Positions 1 through 12,147 of a stretch of DNA of 64,000 nucleotides are shown one piece after another. Under the pieces are notes generated by a model. It did no database searches. It was not told the DNA's origin and saw only the letters and a program-made list of their open reading frames with translations. The position numbers and the translations under genes were made by a program. Every line of letters starts with the position of its first letter. Position 1 is the stretch's first letter. This DNA comes from Neoechinorhynchus agilis (taxonomy: Eukaryota; Animalia; Acanthocephala), in contig CM121341.1 in NCBI GenBank assembly GCA_051530055.1, forward strand, positions 18,392,784-18,456,783, read 5' to 3'.

Positions 1-125
1 CTCTAAATACTCTTCCTTCGTAAACACCCGTAACCCCAGCCTTTTTCTTCCCCCCTCCCTCGCTCGTACCACCCTGTGCCAAAAATCTTTCTTCCCACAA
101 GCCCAATCTCTCCTTAACAACCGGA
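1..125 (+). mobile_element. 3' end remnant of a CR1/L2-like LINE
   Basis: C-rich; translates to LARTTLCQKSFLPTSP, resembling the RT..Y..SFLP C-terminal motif of CR1/L2 ORF2. Confidence 0.3.
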
Positions 126-1208
126 GGACAAGGAAAGACTCCTAATCTGTCATTCTCCTGTAAACTCCAAAGACAAATCCCACCTCCGTACTTCAACATC
201 CGACATCCAGACAACTTCAGCAAAGATCGTTTTTCTTAATTAATAAAACGTGTTTATATATAAATCATGTGGTGAATCGTGGACATCAAGTTGATTTTGA
301 TGGCTCGAATGTGTGATAAGCGTACAACCATATTTTCGGAATCGGTTGATAATTGAAGCCATCGAAATAAGCTGCTCAGTTCAACCAATCGAAGGTAATA
401 ATTCCAGCGTCCGTTTAAAATTACCATTGTAAAGGCAGTGGTGTTCTGGCTCAGAGGTTCTAGTGGACAATGAGTAAAGGAACGCGGGTCTGACGAACAT
501 GTTACCCGATAGGAACCAGTCCACAGGAGAACGCCATAATGTTTGTGTTTTAGATGACAAACCTTCAGGAAACGTCGGAATTATCCGATGTGTAATATCG
601 GAAAAAAATTAGTGAATTTAAATCATAGCGATGGTATAACTACCAAAAGAATCTTTGCTCCCGAAGATAATAATCTAAGAAATATTTAAGTGTATAATAC
701 AACAGAAAAATGCTATAATTTTCAATTTTTTTAATTTTGTTAACATTTTGAAGGTAGAAATTTCATAAATTCCTGATTGGATTCTTTTAATGGCATTTAG
801 AGCAATAAAAATGGGGCCATTTTCCACTTATAGATGTTTATCAACAAATAGCTTGTAGACAACAAACACCTTTTTGACTTCCTAAATCGCCACCGCATAA
901 AAATGAACACGAGTGCTGTACAATAGATTTACTTTCGGACTACGAGCGATTCAGAATAAATAAAAAAATTGCTATTTCACGGTAATATTAGAATTCTACT
1001 TTAAAATTTCGATTTTATCATGACTAAAAAATCATGTGTTATTAGTATGTTAGATTTCTCCTTTTAAATGTATAGGTTATTTCGTACAAATTTGGAATTT
1101 CCAGATGGATGGCCACGTAAATTCTTTGATCAATCAACTATGGACGCAGTTGCCAATACTTACAATTGCCCAAATAATCATTATGTAAATAATTATTCAT
1201 TATAGTTT

Positions 1209-1402
1209 CGGTTTCAATTAGCGATGTTTGATTCAGAAATAGATTTATCTTGAAAATTTTCGGCCTTTTCGTTGGATCTCTTCAGTCAATTGTTTGCAAG
1301 TGTTTACGACTGCAAACAATTGACTGAAGAAGGCTGGCGAAAAGGCCGAAAATTTTCAAGATAAATCAATTTCTGAATCAAACATCGCTAATTGATACTG
1401 TA
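1209..1402. mobile_element. Palindromic MITE (fold-back), Tc1/mariner-like ends
   Basis: Arms CAATTAGCGATGTTTGATTCAGAAAT..CGGCCTTTTCG (1215-1271) and its near-perfect reverse complement (ending 1394), plus an inner stem TCTTCAGTCAATTGTTTGCA / TGCAAACAATTGACTGAAGA; right end ACTG|TA. Confidence 0.75.
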
Positions 1403-4400
1403 ATCATTCTGTGTCGTATTGCGTTCTGGCTTCTTTTGAACACATACTTTGTGCCCGACGAATATTTTCAATCGAAATTTCGTCGCTAATGCAATCTACT
1501 CGTGAAATCAATCCAGAAACCGATCTTGCATGGGAATGGTGAAGCTCGTTCGCACGCCGCTATCCTATCTACACTCTTGTTTTTTATTGGCTCCTTAAAT
1601 TGGCCAATCAGATTACATTTGGACTCATTTAAAACATGCATTGGTTCTCTCCTGTCTATGGAGAACTTTTGAAATATTTCGCTTTGATTACACCATACAG
1701 ATTCGCTTCGCTCGTTCAATCTATAATAATGTCAATTGCGGACCGAGTGTTATACGAATACGTCTACTTAATTAAGCCCCGATCTTCGATGATAATGCTC
1801 GCATTGAGATACGTCATCTGGTTCTCACCTTTTTCGGGATCTCGGACTCTTTATAACACAATTGAGGAATCTCTATTTATATTCTGTCTCTACTTTAGTT
1901 TACTGATTTCCTTGAAAAGAACAACTAAATCGGTATTGAGTTCATTGGCAGTGATTTCAGCGATTTCCGTTTACATACGGCCCACAGCTATTATTGGCAT
2001 TTCACCTCTCTTACTATTTATTGCGTTTGTACGTGATTGTTCATTGGTTTGGAGTGATACAATTTATAAATTTCCAACTAGTTACAAACATTTGGATTAT
2101 CGGTTAATCGGCAGTATATGTCCGTACTTTGAAATTTTATCTAAATCAGTAGCTTATATTGATCTTGGTTGAACTTTAAACATGTATCCCTGCCAAATCT
2201 AAAAACTAAAAGTCTATCGTATTTTCTATGCTTTGTGAAAACACAAAAATATCAAAGTAGCTAGACTCATTTTCGTAGCAATCGCGCAATTCGCCTAATC
2301 TAAAGGACATGACCATTTCTGAAGTCATTCATCTGGGACTTATTGGATTTTCTACTTTGGCAGTCTGCCTTAGCGCCGATTGTTGGTTTTATAATCGTCT
2401 CACGTGCAGTCCATTCAATTTCTTTAAATTTAATATTCTGATGGATTTGTCATCATATTTCGGTACGCTTCCATGGTATTGGTACCTAGTGATCGGAATT
2501 CCACAAATATTCAATTTCTTCACATACTCATTGATTAGAGGTATCCTGGAAGAGTTGAAACACGCATCAGTGTTTTCGCATAGAACTCTCACGATAAGCG
2601 CAATTATTATGATCGCTTATTCAATTATCAAACATAAAGAAATCCGATTTATCAGTCAGCTGTATCCTCTTTTGCTCATATTTTGCGCAAACGGATTATC
2701 TAGACACAGAAAATTGTCGTTATTTTGGAAAATAGTGATCGGCCTGAACATTTTCGTGACTTTGTTCCTCTTGGTCGAGTTCCAAAGTGCACCTATTAGA
2801 CTTATTAATCATGTTAGACAATCAGTGGCGGAAAAAGAAATTCAACTGTTGTGTTTCTACTTCCATGTTACTCAACTCCACTTTATAGTCACTTACAAGT
2901 TGGCTAGATATCGGCAAAAGGTGGCGCAAATCATATAATCGATATCCACTAACACATACATTCAATCGAGCCGAAAACGATTATAAGTCTCAAATGCACA
3001 GCCGAATTCGCTAAACCATATTACGAGGTTAGTTCCATAAGGGACTATTTATCGACGTCGAAAGTGTGCGACATATGAACGTTATAGTTTGAAGACCAGT
3101 GATTCAGTGCCACCGCTCCATTTGAGTTAAAGTCCCCCAGTATCAAGTCCGGTTTCCATTCTAGCAACCATTTCTCTACGTTTTTTTTGAAGAAAGATAT
3201 TTTTCTGGGAGCTATATATAAGTTGCCTAGAATGAGTCTAGCCTGATTAAATACTTCTTCCTTTAAAAAATTACTTATCGAAATTATTTGTATTGCATAG
3301 TTTACGGTTTTGGATTGCACTAATAATTTTGGACAGAGGGACTTATGAACCGTTGTTTGTAATCCTCCCGAGAAACCCATTTTATTATTAGGGGCATTAC
3401 CATTATTTATAGGGGCTAATACTACAGTAATGTAATCCAAGTTTTCAATCAGGGGTTGTTCTCCTGTCTCCTGCATACAAAAAAATTTCGTAGAGTCCCA
3501 ATTTATCGCCTGTTTCAAGAAATTAGATAATGTTGAAATTTTCGAAACATTATATGTTATAATATTAAAATTATGATTTAGGTAATTTATGGGCCTTATC
3601 ATATTAAATTTTGTTTGATCATGAGGTTTTCCCCTCTTACCTCCCATGATTCCATTTCTATTTGATATTATGTTCCCTCCTCTGCTCTTTTTTGTAATTT
3701 GCTTTTCTGGTTGCGCCACTTTTCCACTGTTACCAGATGTAATTACTATTTCCTCTATGTCTGAACTTGATTCTAATGAAACTTCACTGCCTTCTCGCTT
3801 TCTTAGTTCCGCTTTTAAACTCCTGTTTTCCTTCTGCAGTTCGTCTATTTTTTTTATCTTTTTTTCCATTTCACCCATTAATACTACCATTTTTTCGTTC
3901 AATTCTTTTATCATACTTGCTAGGGACTGCACATCTCTCTCCAAATATCTATCTTCATTGATTTCGGGCCAGGAAGTCTGGTTGTGATTAAATCCTACCC
4001 AGTCATTCCCTGAAGATGTGTCCTTGTTGTTGACACTTTTCCAATATCTTATAGCGGCAGGACATACTCTGTTGAAACCTTGATGTTCTCCGCAGTTGGG
4101 GCAACACAGTCTATTATTGCTACTACATTGTTCCTTACCATGGTTTTCTGAGCAAAACATACATTTGATTTCGTTATTGCACTCCCAGGTTCTGTGCGAC
4201 AACACTTTTGGCATTGGGTTAGAATGAAATTATGTATTGATGTTTTATTTTGACTTGAAAATTCTATCCAGCAAGCCAAAAACGGAAAATTGCGCCCTTT
4301 AATTTCATTAATCGTGTCTTGGGTTCCCGCAACCAAAATCGCATATGGATCCATTGTTAGATTTTTTCTTAAATATTTAATTGGGTCAACGCCAAACACA

Positions 4401-5411
4401 TTTCTTATCTCCTGGAACTCTTCCTTACTAGGTTTTGGTGGTGGATTAAGCATAAGAAGAGTAGATCTCTGAGATATATCGTCAAATGTAATTTTCTTTT
4501 CCTCAAAAATTCCTTTAAAGCTTTTTAAGCCCTCCATTCCGAAGAAAAAAACCAAGTGTTCACCACTTTTTTAATTTGGAATACCTGCTGTTTCGTAAGC
4601 TTACTAGGTTCTAAGAACTTTTTATAATATTCCTTTATTGGACAGTTTATCGTTAAAGTTCCCAAGTTTTCTCTTTTTACTCTTATTCCAAAGTCCTCTT
4701 TTAGTCTAGGGAATCTCTGGAATGCTGTTCCCATCCATTGAGACCCACCGTTTCATATTCACCCCTTTGCCGACTGTAGATTTGGCGGTTGGTCCGCAAA
4801 AACGTTATTTGTCATAACTACCTCATCTTCTTTATTTTCTGAGCAGTTTTCCTTCAGATTCCTTCTTTGGTGGGGGGACCAGAAAAACATTATCATCAAT
4901 AACCACCTTTTTCTCCTTGTAACGTGGATATCACACACACTCATAACTAACCTTAGCAGGATCTTCATCCACTTCCATTCCTCTTTCTATAGAAGGTTCC
5001 TTCGCATTATCATAATCAACCTCCATCTGACCCCCTCCTCGGTCATCCGGAGGATCGGGGTCCCATAAATCTCGATTATTCGAACTTTGTCAGAGCGCAG
5101 TTTTTTAACAAAAAAATTGCGCGACATGTGACAATATAGCGCTTCGAATTAATGATCGACTATCGTGGATTGCATCCAGTGAAAAGTCAAATGTCGTTGT
5201 ACGTTGGTTTAGCAACACCGAATATTGATAGTCAATGACGATTTATGTGAGAACCTTAAGCGAACGTAAACTTGAACGTTGCGTTTTAAAAATAAACCAT
5301 AGAATTGATCATATAGGTCAATTAGTCTCTTTGGGTCTTGTTTTAGTGTTTCATTCACGAACTATAAATTGTATACAGGATCTACGTCTTGATTTAAAAG
5401 ATCTGACATAA
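1403..5411 (+). CDS. PIGB: GPI mannosyltransferase 3 (PIG-B, GT22 family), multi-exon; start not resolved; several small frame disruptions
   Basis: Motifs TYFVPDEYFQS, LAWEW, SRTLYNTIE, IRPT, FNFFKFN..YFGTLPWYWY, HKEIRF, FLLPCYSTPLYSHL. Probable GT-AG introns 2029-2305 and 3028-5139 (the latter holds a LINE); last exons about 5140-5411 (IVFHSR). Indels near 1539, 1562 and 2845 are assembly errors or pseudogenisation. Confidence 0.85.
3045..5095 (-). mobile_element. APE-type LINE fragment (Jockey/I-like ORF1 with CCHC knuckles plus N-terminal endonuclease), 3'-truncated, inside a PIGB intron
   Basis: CQKC..C..C...H...C..CPNCGEH..CP knuckles; APE motifs IITYNV, CMQET, GNLYIAP, ILGDFNS; frameshifted; no RT. 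Confidence 0.8.
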
Positions 5412-5499
5412 GTTCGGTCCGTAGAGTCCAAAATAGTTGTTAAAGAGTAACTGAAATGTGATTTAATGTTGATGAAAACAACATGTTACCCTTTTTTGA

Positions 5500-5880
5500 A
5501 ACAATTCCGCATCGCTCTCAAGAATTATCTCCTCCTCCATTAAACCGTGACTGCATTCGGTTTCATTTAGCCTAGGGAGTTCTCGTTGTCAAATGTTTTT
5601 TAAGATGATTGCTGCTCTTCGGTTGGTGATTTCGATACGATTCTAAAGTCATGGACCTCATTTGTTATCTATTTCATAGTGACACTTTTGAACATTGGCG
5701 TCACAAACAAGGGACTTTTAACGAATTCCAACCATTCCTGAGTTAAACGTAGGAAAAATATATGGCAAACCGTTGCTCCGTTTGCCCTACACAAAAACTA
5801 TATTGCTATACAACTTGAGACTTACCTTGCACTTGCATTTAAGATTTGTCAAGTCATTAAAGAATCAGGCGGATACACAA
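5500..5880 (-). mobile_element. Penelope-like GIY-YIG remnant
   Basis: Minus-strand translation SQVV*QYSFCVGQTEQRF resembles VVY..C..YIGQT.R; highly decayed. Confidence 0.3.
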
Positions 5881-5899
5881 GAGGGTATAATTGTGCCAT

Positions 5900-6700
5900 G
5901 TATGAGTAGAAATTAAGCTTAAGGCTGCAAATTCCTCCTACATCCTTCTGTCAATTGTAGTATCCAAGAATCCTCGAACTAAGTGCCTGGAAGACGGCGA
6001 TGCTCATCTAAAGAATAGTGTCTTAAAAATTAGAGAATGGCAATATCCGTAGTGCGGCTCGAATGTTTGCATCCATTGATAAGCTCCTTCGTCCAAACCA
6101 ACAAATTATAGAAATGCACCTGCGACCCGCTCGGAATGGACGGCTTGATCCCCTCCCATCTTCGAGGTTTTACTATCACGTCGAGTGGTACAGTTTGGAG
6201 CTGTTTGATAAAATCACTTGGCCAGCTTACTCGCACGTTAATCAGCTGTAAAACTGCGCCTTCGATATTACCCACCATTTGCAGAGCGAAGATTGTCGAG
6301 TTTAGCAAAAAGGACAGCGAATTGAGGTTTGCAATAGAATTGCTTCTAAGGTCCTAAAAATGCAACGCTTTACCAATACATCCGCTCCTCGGTGTTGTCC
6401 CAGAATCGAAAATATGCGACTTGCTCTTAGCAAATCTACTCGGTACACCTTTCTGCGACGAATCGAACCTCGACAATTTAGTAAAATCAGCGGCAAATAA
6501 ACTCAATAAAGTAGTGAAGAACGTGCTAAAATTGACGAAACAAGACACCTATCTCTTCGTCCTTCGACGCTACCTTGCGCCACCGAAAGTGAACTTCCTC
6601 TTTCGCTGTACACCGTGCTTCCAAAAAGAAAACCTCGCAACTTTCGAAAAAGAGATCCGTCGCATAATTACCAATCAATGAACAGTGAGCAAAAAATCGG
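5900..6700 (+). mobile_element. CRE-type (RLE) LINE fragment with internal deletion
   Basis: GMDGLIPSHLRGF, KKDSELRFAI and LLGTPF..LRRYLAPPKVNFLFRCTP match the RT-region motifs of the near-complete element at 26430. Confidence 0.65.
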
Positions 6701-6718
6701 CCAAATATTCTGCTATTA

Positions 6719-7057
6719 TTGATGTTGCACTATAGAAGTGCTTTGAACGAATTACTGTCCTCCCTCAAGGATAAACATCGTATCATCCTTATTGTTGGTA
6801 TGCAAGAAGCCCCTATTGCAGATCCTGCCGCCGTTGATGCACACAACTGCCACCAAATTTTTCCTATCATTCAACTCCTTTTCCCCGACATTCACTCTAC
6901 AAATAGAGAATCAACTGCCGTCTTGGTGAAACAAGTCCTTTTCAGCGAGATTCTTCCGGAGCGATCATGTGACGTAAACAAACACGTGACGTACAGCTCG
7001 TACATCTGTTACAATACTTCCAAAGCATTCCATTTGGATCACATCCTATTGTTCTAA
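6719..7057 (+). mobile_element. Decayed APE endonuclease remnant
   Basis: IILIVG(M/D), TYSS..LDHILL resemble APE motifs. Confidence 0.3.
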
Positions 7058-7192
7058 GGACTTTTTACCACTTGGCTTTTAATTCTTCCGGATAATTGGG
7101 TTTCTTAGTTACTGTGTCTCTGGCTAGTGGAGCTCTCTCAAAAACATTCCACGACTACGATCCCTTTTCTTTAGTACGACTTTTTAAGACAA

Positions 7193-8916
7193 ATGTATTC
7201 CAATCTTGACAATGAGGCAATTAATAGGTTTCTTAAATCGCTTCCTAGCTTGGCTCAATTGGCGCCTACTGGCGCTCTTAATCTGCCAAAACGAATGGGT
7301 GCCCTGGACGCTAGTATGATAACTGATTTAGGTCGTAGGACAGACCGGTTGGATCGTTGCTGTGATTGGACAATGCAATTGAGTCGAAACATGACTCGAA
7401 TTGATGGTGACGATGAGGAAGGTGAATTCACGTTTCTGGATCAAACTAAGATCAATAGACCAACTTATGGAAGACGTGGGATGATTCGTGGTCGAGGTCG
7501 TATGTATACCCGTCCAAATGCGCTTGCAAGTGGACTCGGTGCCGGTGGCGGTGCCCAATTGAAAGCCACAAAATCATTAATCAATCTTGAACGAGAACGG
7601 GAACGTCAGTATTTGAAGATTCGAAAGCAGTACAACTATAGAACCGGTGGACCGGGTCCTGGTGCTCCTGGTGGAACTGACCGACCTCAAGTTCTTAAAC
7701 GCGAACCATCAATACAAATAAAACCAGAGTGGATCCTTAAAGAAGAAATAAACCTTCAGCAATTGAATCGACTGAATTTACACGTCGCTAATCCGGTTGA
7801 GCTTGCTGAATGTGGCCAGATCGGTTGCTACAACAGTCTTTTTGATAGCACGACCACGAAACGAGAAGCTAAATTGGCCAAAACGGATGTATTGCCTCTT
7901 AAAGACGAAACGACGACGGATGACTTAACAATTAGATTGACCAATGTCCATTTGGGTTTGTGCAGAACACATCTAATGAGTCAAAGTCTTTCAAAATGGA
8001 CATGTTGTCAAATAGAGCACTATGTGACCACCACGCAAATGTCTACATGACCGATTCCATATTGGCGACGCTTATGTGCGCCAATCGCAGTGTTAATCCG
8101 TGGTATTTAATAGTCGATCGGTATAGTGGCAAACTGTTTTTCGACAAACCAAAGGACTTTCAAGTTCTTACTGTGAGTGAAACTAGCTGGGATCCACCAG
8201 GAGATTCCCCAAATGCTGGAATTAATGCAGCTCAGAATTTATGCCGAGAAGCCGTCGAGGTTAACCATAGGTTTCTCCAACAAGTCACGCATGGAACCGC
8301 TCGTTTACGCCTTAAAGATGGCCCCGTTAAGTACTTAGATGGATCTATTCCACAAAGCTCACTTGGATACAAGTATCGGGAGTTCGATATTGGAAACGGG
8401 ATCAAAGTGATGGTCAGGTGCGAAATACACGGTTACGTTGAACCTCGATTCCTCGCCCACATCCGCGCTCTTACAGAGTGGGATTCTCGCTACAGTGACG
8501 GAATCGACTGGAAAAGCAATCTAGATACGAGGAGAGGAGCTGTGCTAGCCACAGAGCTTAAAAATAACGCGTTTAAATTTGCCCGATGGACAGCAACCGC
8601 TCTTCTATCCAATGTTGACAAGCTCATTTTGGGTTATGTGAGTCGGGAAAATCCAATGGATAGTACCAAACACGTGATCCGAGCAGTCCAACATCTTCAA
8701 CCAGCCCAATTTGCCCGACAAATCAATCTTAACATCGACAATGGATGGGGTGTCCTTAGATTCCTAGTGGATTTCTTTTTAAAGGACGGCAAAAGACCCG
8801 CAAAATATATTATTTTAAGAGATCCAATCAAACCAGTCATAAAAATTTATCTTGTAGAAGAAGACGAAGAGGACCACGACGATGCTGAAAAACGCACAAT
8901 AGAAAATGCAAATTGA
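7193..8916 (+). CDS. EIF3D: Eukaryotic translation initiation factor 3 subunit D; join 7193-7933, 8014-8916
   Basis: DRLDRCCDWT, TTTDD, TDSILATLM, KLFFDK, WDSR..DWKSNLDTRRGAVLATELKNN, LGYVSR; two ORFs in different frames joined by removing 80 nt. Confidence 0.95.
7934..8013 (+). other. Putative non-canonical (AG..AT or AT..AG) TIR-bearing intron in EIF3D
   Basis: 80 nt between TAGA direct repeats; inverted repeats 7937-7954 and 7992-8011; removal gives TIRALCDHHANVYMTD, colinear with the conserved VIRKLAKTQGNVFATD. Confidence 0.8.
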
Positions 8917-9369
8917 TGTTAAAATATCAGCTCGTTAATTGGATTTAAATTCTATTTTTCGTTTACTTTGCGATTTTAGTGCTTAAAATGCAATTTGCGG
9001 CAGTGTTCATGTAAAGAATTAGAGCTCCGTGAAATATTACAATTCACAAAAGTTTTATCCGGGGATTATGATCATCACAATGACAACTTTTAAAAAATGC
9101 ATGAGCAATTTAAAAGATTGGTTCTTATGGAAATGTCATTTCAACTTTTTTGATGACGACCATTTTTAATCCGAAATCAAAGTCCCCATCTAAAACATAG
9201 CGCTCCGAAATGTTGTAGCTCAAAGACGGTTCTGATTAAAGTTTTAGTGAGGGTTGTGTTTAAAGATCGCAGTTTTATCTCAACTTTTCGCCGTTGGACA
9301 AACATTCCATCAATCACATCTTTTAGCGCTGAAGTCCAACGAGACATGCGAAATATTGGGAAAGGGAAT

Positions 9370-9926
9370 TGATAAACTGATTTAGGACATCCCTAAATCG
9401 GCTTTTTGCTCTTCGGACATACTGCCACACCGATCTCTTACATCAAAGAAGTTATTGAATCACTTAGACTCTGACAACGATATTTCGTCTCGGCGTGGCT
9501 TCATGTCAAGAAGGAAAAGCCGAGGAAGGAGATGTTCTAAATCAGAATCAATAGAACCGGCTTGCCAGTAAAAAGATTTTAGAATTGATCGCTCACTCTG
9601 AGTTATAAAACTGGCCGAGTTTGTACATTCCGTAATTGTGCCGAGGAGGTCAAGTGGACTTCAGCCCTGATTTCCTTTTTCTGGGTGGGTGGATTCAAAT
9701 CCACGATAGCCGATGACGAACAACCAAAGGGGACAAAATACCGCTGAAGGGAAGAGGAAACTCACAGATGAGTCCCGCCTCCTGTGGAAATATCTAAGAA
9801 TCCGGAGGGATGCGTCACTTCTCTAATGTAAGAGATCGGTGTAGCTTCATGCCAAAACGGAAAAACCAAAAAGCCGAGAAAGGGGATGCTCTAAATCAGA
9901 ATCAATAGAACCGGCTTGCCAGTAAA
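9370..9926. mobile_element. Cluster of MITE family with TA|CTGGCAAGCCGG termini
   Basis: ATCAGAATCAATAGAACCGGCTTGCCAGTA occurs at about 9541 and 9896; inverted AAAGCCGA..GGGATG subterminal motif at about 9385; internal module shared with 53035-53200. Confidence 0.6.
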
Positions 9927-10086
9927 AAACATTTGCGAATAATAAATTAACCATTATTTCTTCAATCACCAAACAAGATACACCTGTGAACAACTTCTTT
10001 ACAACCACTAATTCTATAATATATTTACAAAAAAGAATAGAATTTCATATTTTCACGGAAGTAACGAAAACGAAAGAATTATGTTT

Positions 10087-10858
10087 TTATCGATTCTGGC
10101 TATAATACGTCTTAAAAAACACATTTAAGTCTTTTGTTGAGATTACGCACACCCTTCTATCAATCTTTAGGATTATGTCATTATATACCGATATTAATGC
10201 GCTGAATCTGTTCGAATTAAAGAATGTAATGGCTTCATTTAAGTATTGCGGCATGGTCTGTCCCTCTTGACGATGCTTTAAGTAATGGTAAGCGAGAGCA
10301 ATCGGCTCTCGAAATCCGAACTCTCCTTTTATGCCATCTCTGATTACGATGATCGCTTTTCTCCCACGCTGAACCACTAGAAAATCGACCATTGCACACA
10401 ATGACGTTAGTGCCCTCAGGTGGACACTTTTTTGTGACATTTAGTTTCGATGCCTCTTTTAATGTGTACTCCCACAATTTCTCAACGTCATCTTTTGAAA
10501 CATCGCCATCGAGATTCAGGTCTTTTATTTCGCCGGGTAAAGGAAGTTTATTGTAATGCTCATTGGGCTCATACTGATTTATAATGTGTCTATTAATATT
10601 TTCGGACCTAATAATTCTCGATGCCGCAATGTATCCTTCATAAACATCGCCGAAGCATCGCATGCATTCACAGCGATTATCCGCGTAGGCCACTGCCCAC
10701 TCAAGAACTTGTCGTTGCAATCCTACGCTAGAATTTACTATTTGACGAAATCTATTATCTAGCCCGTTTTCGTCAAAATCGCATTTGAGTCTTGAAACAT
10801 TACTTGCGCTGTATCCCGTCATCTCCTCAAATATGATCGCATGTCTATTCTTATACAT
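10087..10858 (-). CDS. Hypothetical protein of about 255 aa, split by one frameshift near 10435
   Basis: Two overlapping minus-strand ORFs (207 and 117 aa) with globular composition; no motif recognised. Confidence 0.4.
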
Positions 10859-11055
10859 TTTCGCTTCCTTATTTTAAGTGCCAGAAACATAGCCATTGTC
10901 ATGGTTACATTTTTTCTAATATAAAGGATCCATGTTTTACTTGAATCTAAAAATGCTTTGAAGCTTATCGCTAAAAGAAGTCGCTGTGACTTTCGCGAAC
11001 GAAATCAACCTAAAGAATAGCTTTCGCTTGTGGAGAATGACATACACATTTCAGA

Positions 11056-11561
11056 ATGGACTCTCCAAATATGGCCAAAAACGAACCAAAAATGAGCCGG
11101 GAAGAGCAAAGGCAAGCTGAAGAGGTTAGTGCGCAAATTAAGCAAATTTATCCTTCTCGCCAAGCAGCAACAAAAAGAAGAGGCCAGAAATAGTATTCTC
11201 AATCAAGTTCTCGATAAAGATGCCATTGCCCGATGTATGTTCTCAACGCTACTAATTGCTCTCGAAATTGCAATTCTACAGTGAACACTCTGAGATTGAC
11301 GAAACCAGAGAATGCCACGACGGCTGAACGTTATATAATTAACCAGGTTCAACGGGGAATGATCCGGTCGAAGCTGAGTGAAGATGATCTTGTGCGCATC
11401 CTTACTCAGATATTCGATCAGACGTCACAATCAAGACAGCATAAAATAACGGTTGGCCACATATAAAATCAATGAAATATCTTTAATTGATAACTATTTA
11501 GTTTCATCGACGCAGAAATGATTTTGATGAAGATGAAGATGATTTTGACGGCATAGAATAA
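11056..11561 (+). CDS. PDCD5: Programmed cell death protein 5; GT-AG introns 11125-11164, 11235-11281, 11452-11501
   Basis: Spliced product EEARNSILNQVLDKDAIARLNTLRLTKPENATTAERYII..KLSEDDLVRIL..FHRRRNDFDEDED; start codon uncertain. Confidence 0.9.
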
Positions 11562-11915
11562 ATAGTCGTAATGGATAACCTTTACCAGTATTAATAATGC
11601 ATCGATAAAAAAATTTTCGTAGTTGTCGAGGTTTTAAAAAATAAAAAATGTTTTAGATTTTTTCGACCTTTGCCTCGTTTGCGATTCTGTTGAGATAACG
11701 AATTCTCAACAGCGACTCTTCATTGAACACAATCAAAAATATTGTTTAATTGATCCCTGCACGAAATTTTAGAGTCTAAATCGTCTTTAGAAGTGGATTT
11801 TTTTCGCAAAATTCATCGCCGAAACTGATTATAGAGATCACTTTTTGAATGGGAAGATTTTTTTGATCGAAATTTATTAATCCATCACTTTTATCATTGA
11901 TTCCTGAAGATTCGC

Positions 11916-12122
11916 TCACACCACGGCCGCTATACGGATGCTCGCGGCGTATCCCCGCTGCATGACGAGACTTATGTTTCGGCGCAAAAACATTGGTTCG
12001 CGATTACCCTTCGTTATTTCCACCAGTCTCAGCCCTATTTCCTTGGTCAGTCTTTCGCTATTCCCATTTTTTGAATAAAAAGCAATTTTTTCGAGCACTT
12101 TCGATCGATTATGGTTGAACAT
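11916..12122 (-). mobile_element. CRE-type LINE 3' end fragment
   Basis: FLRRNISLVMQRGYAASIR matches the C-terminal FL.Q.IS.A.QRGNA motif. Confidence 0.7.
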
Positions 12123-12147
12123 TAGCTATCAATGAATACATTTTTCA

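Noticed and set aside
1531-1640. Stop-codon reassignment (TGA after WEW in PIGB)
   Set aside because: Two small compensating deletions give WEWVKLVRTPLYPIY, a better match to PIGB; other genes end normally at TGA or TAA
5815-5850. U1 snRNA-like ACTTACCT
   Set aside because: Only 8 nt match, with no downstream U1 structure
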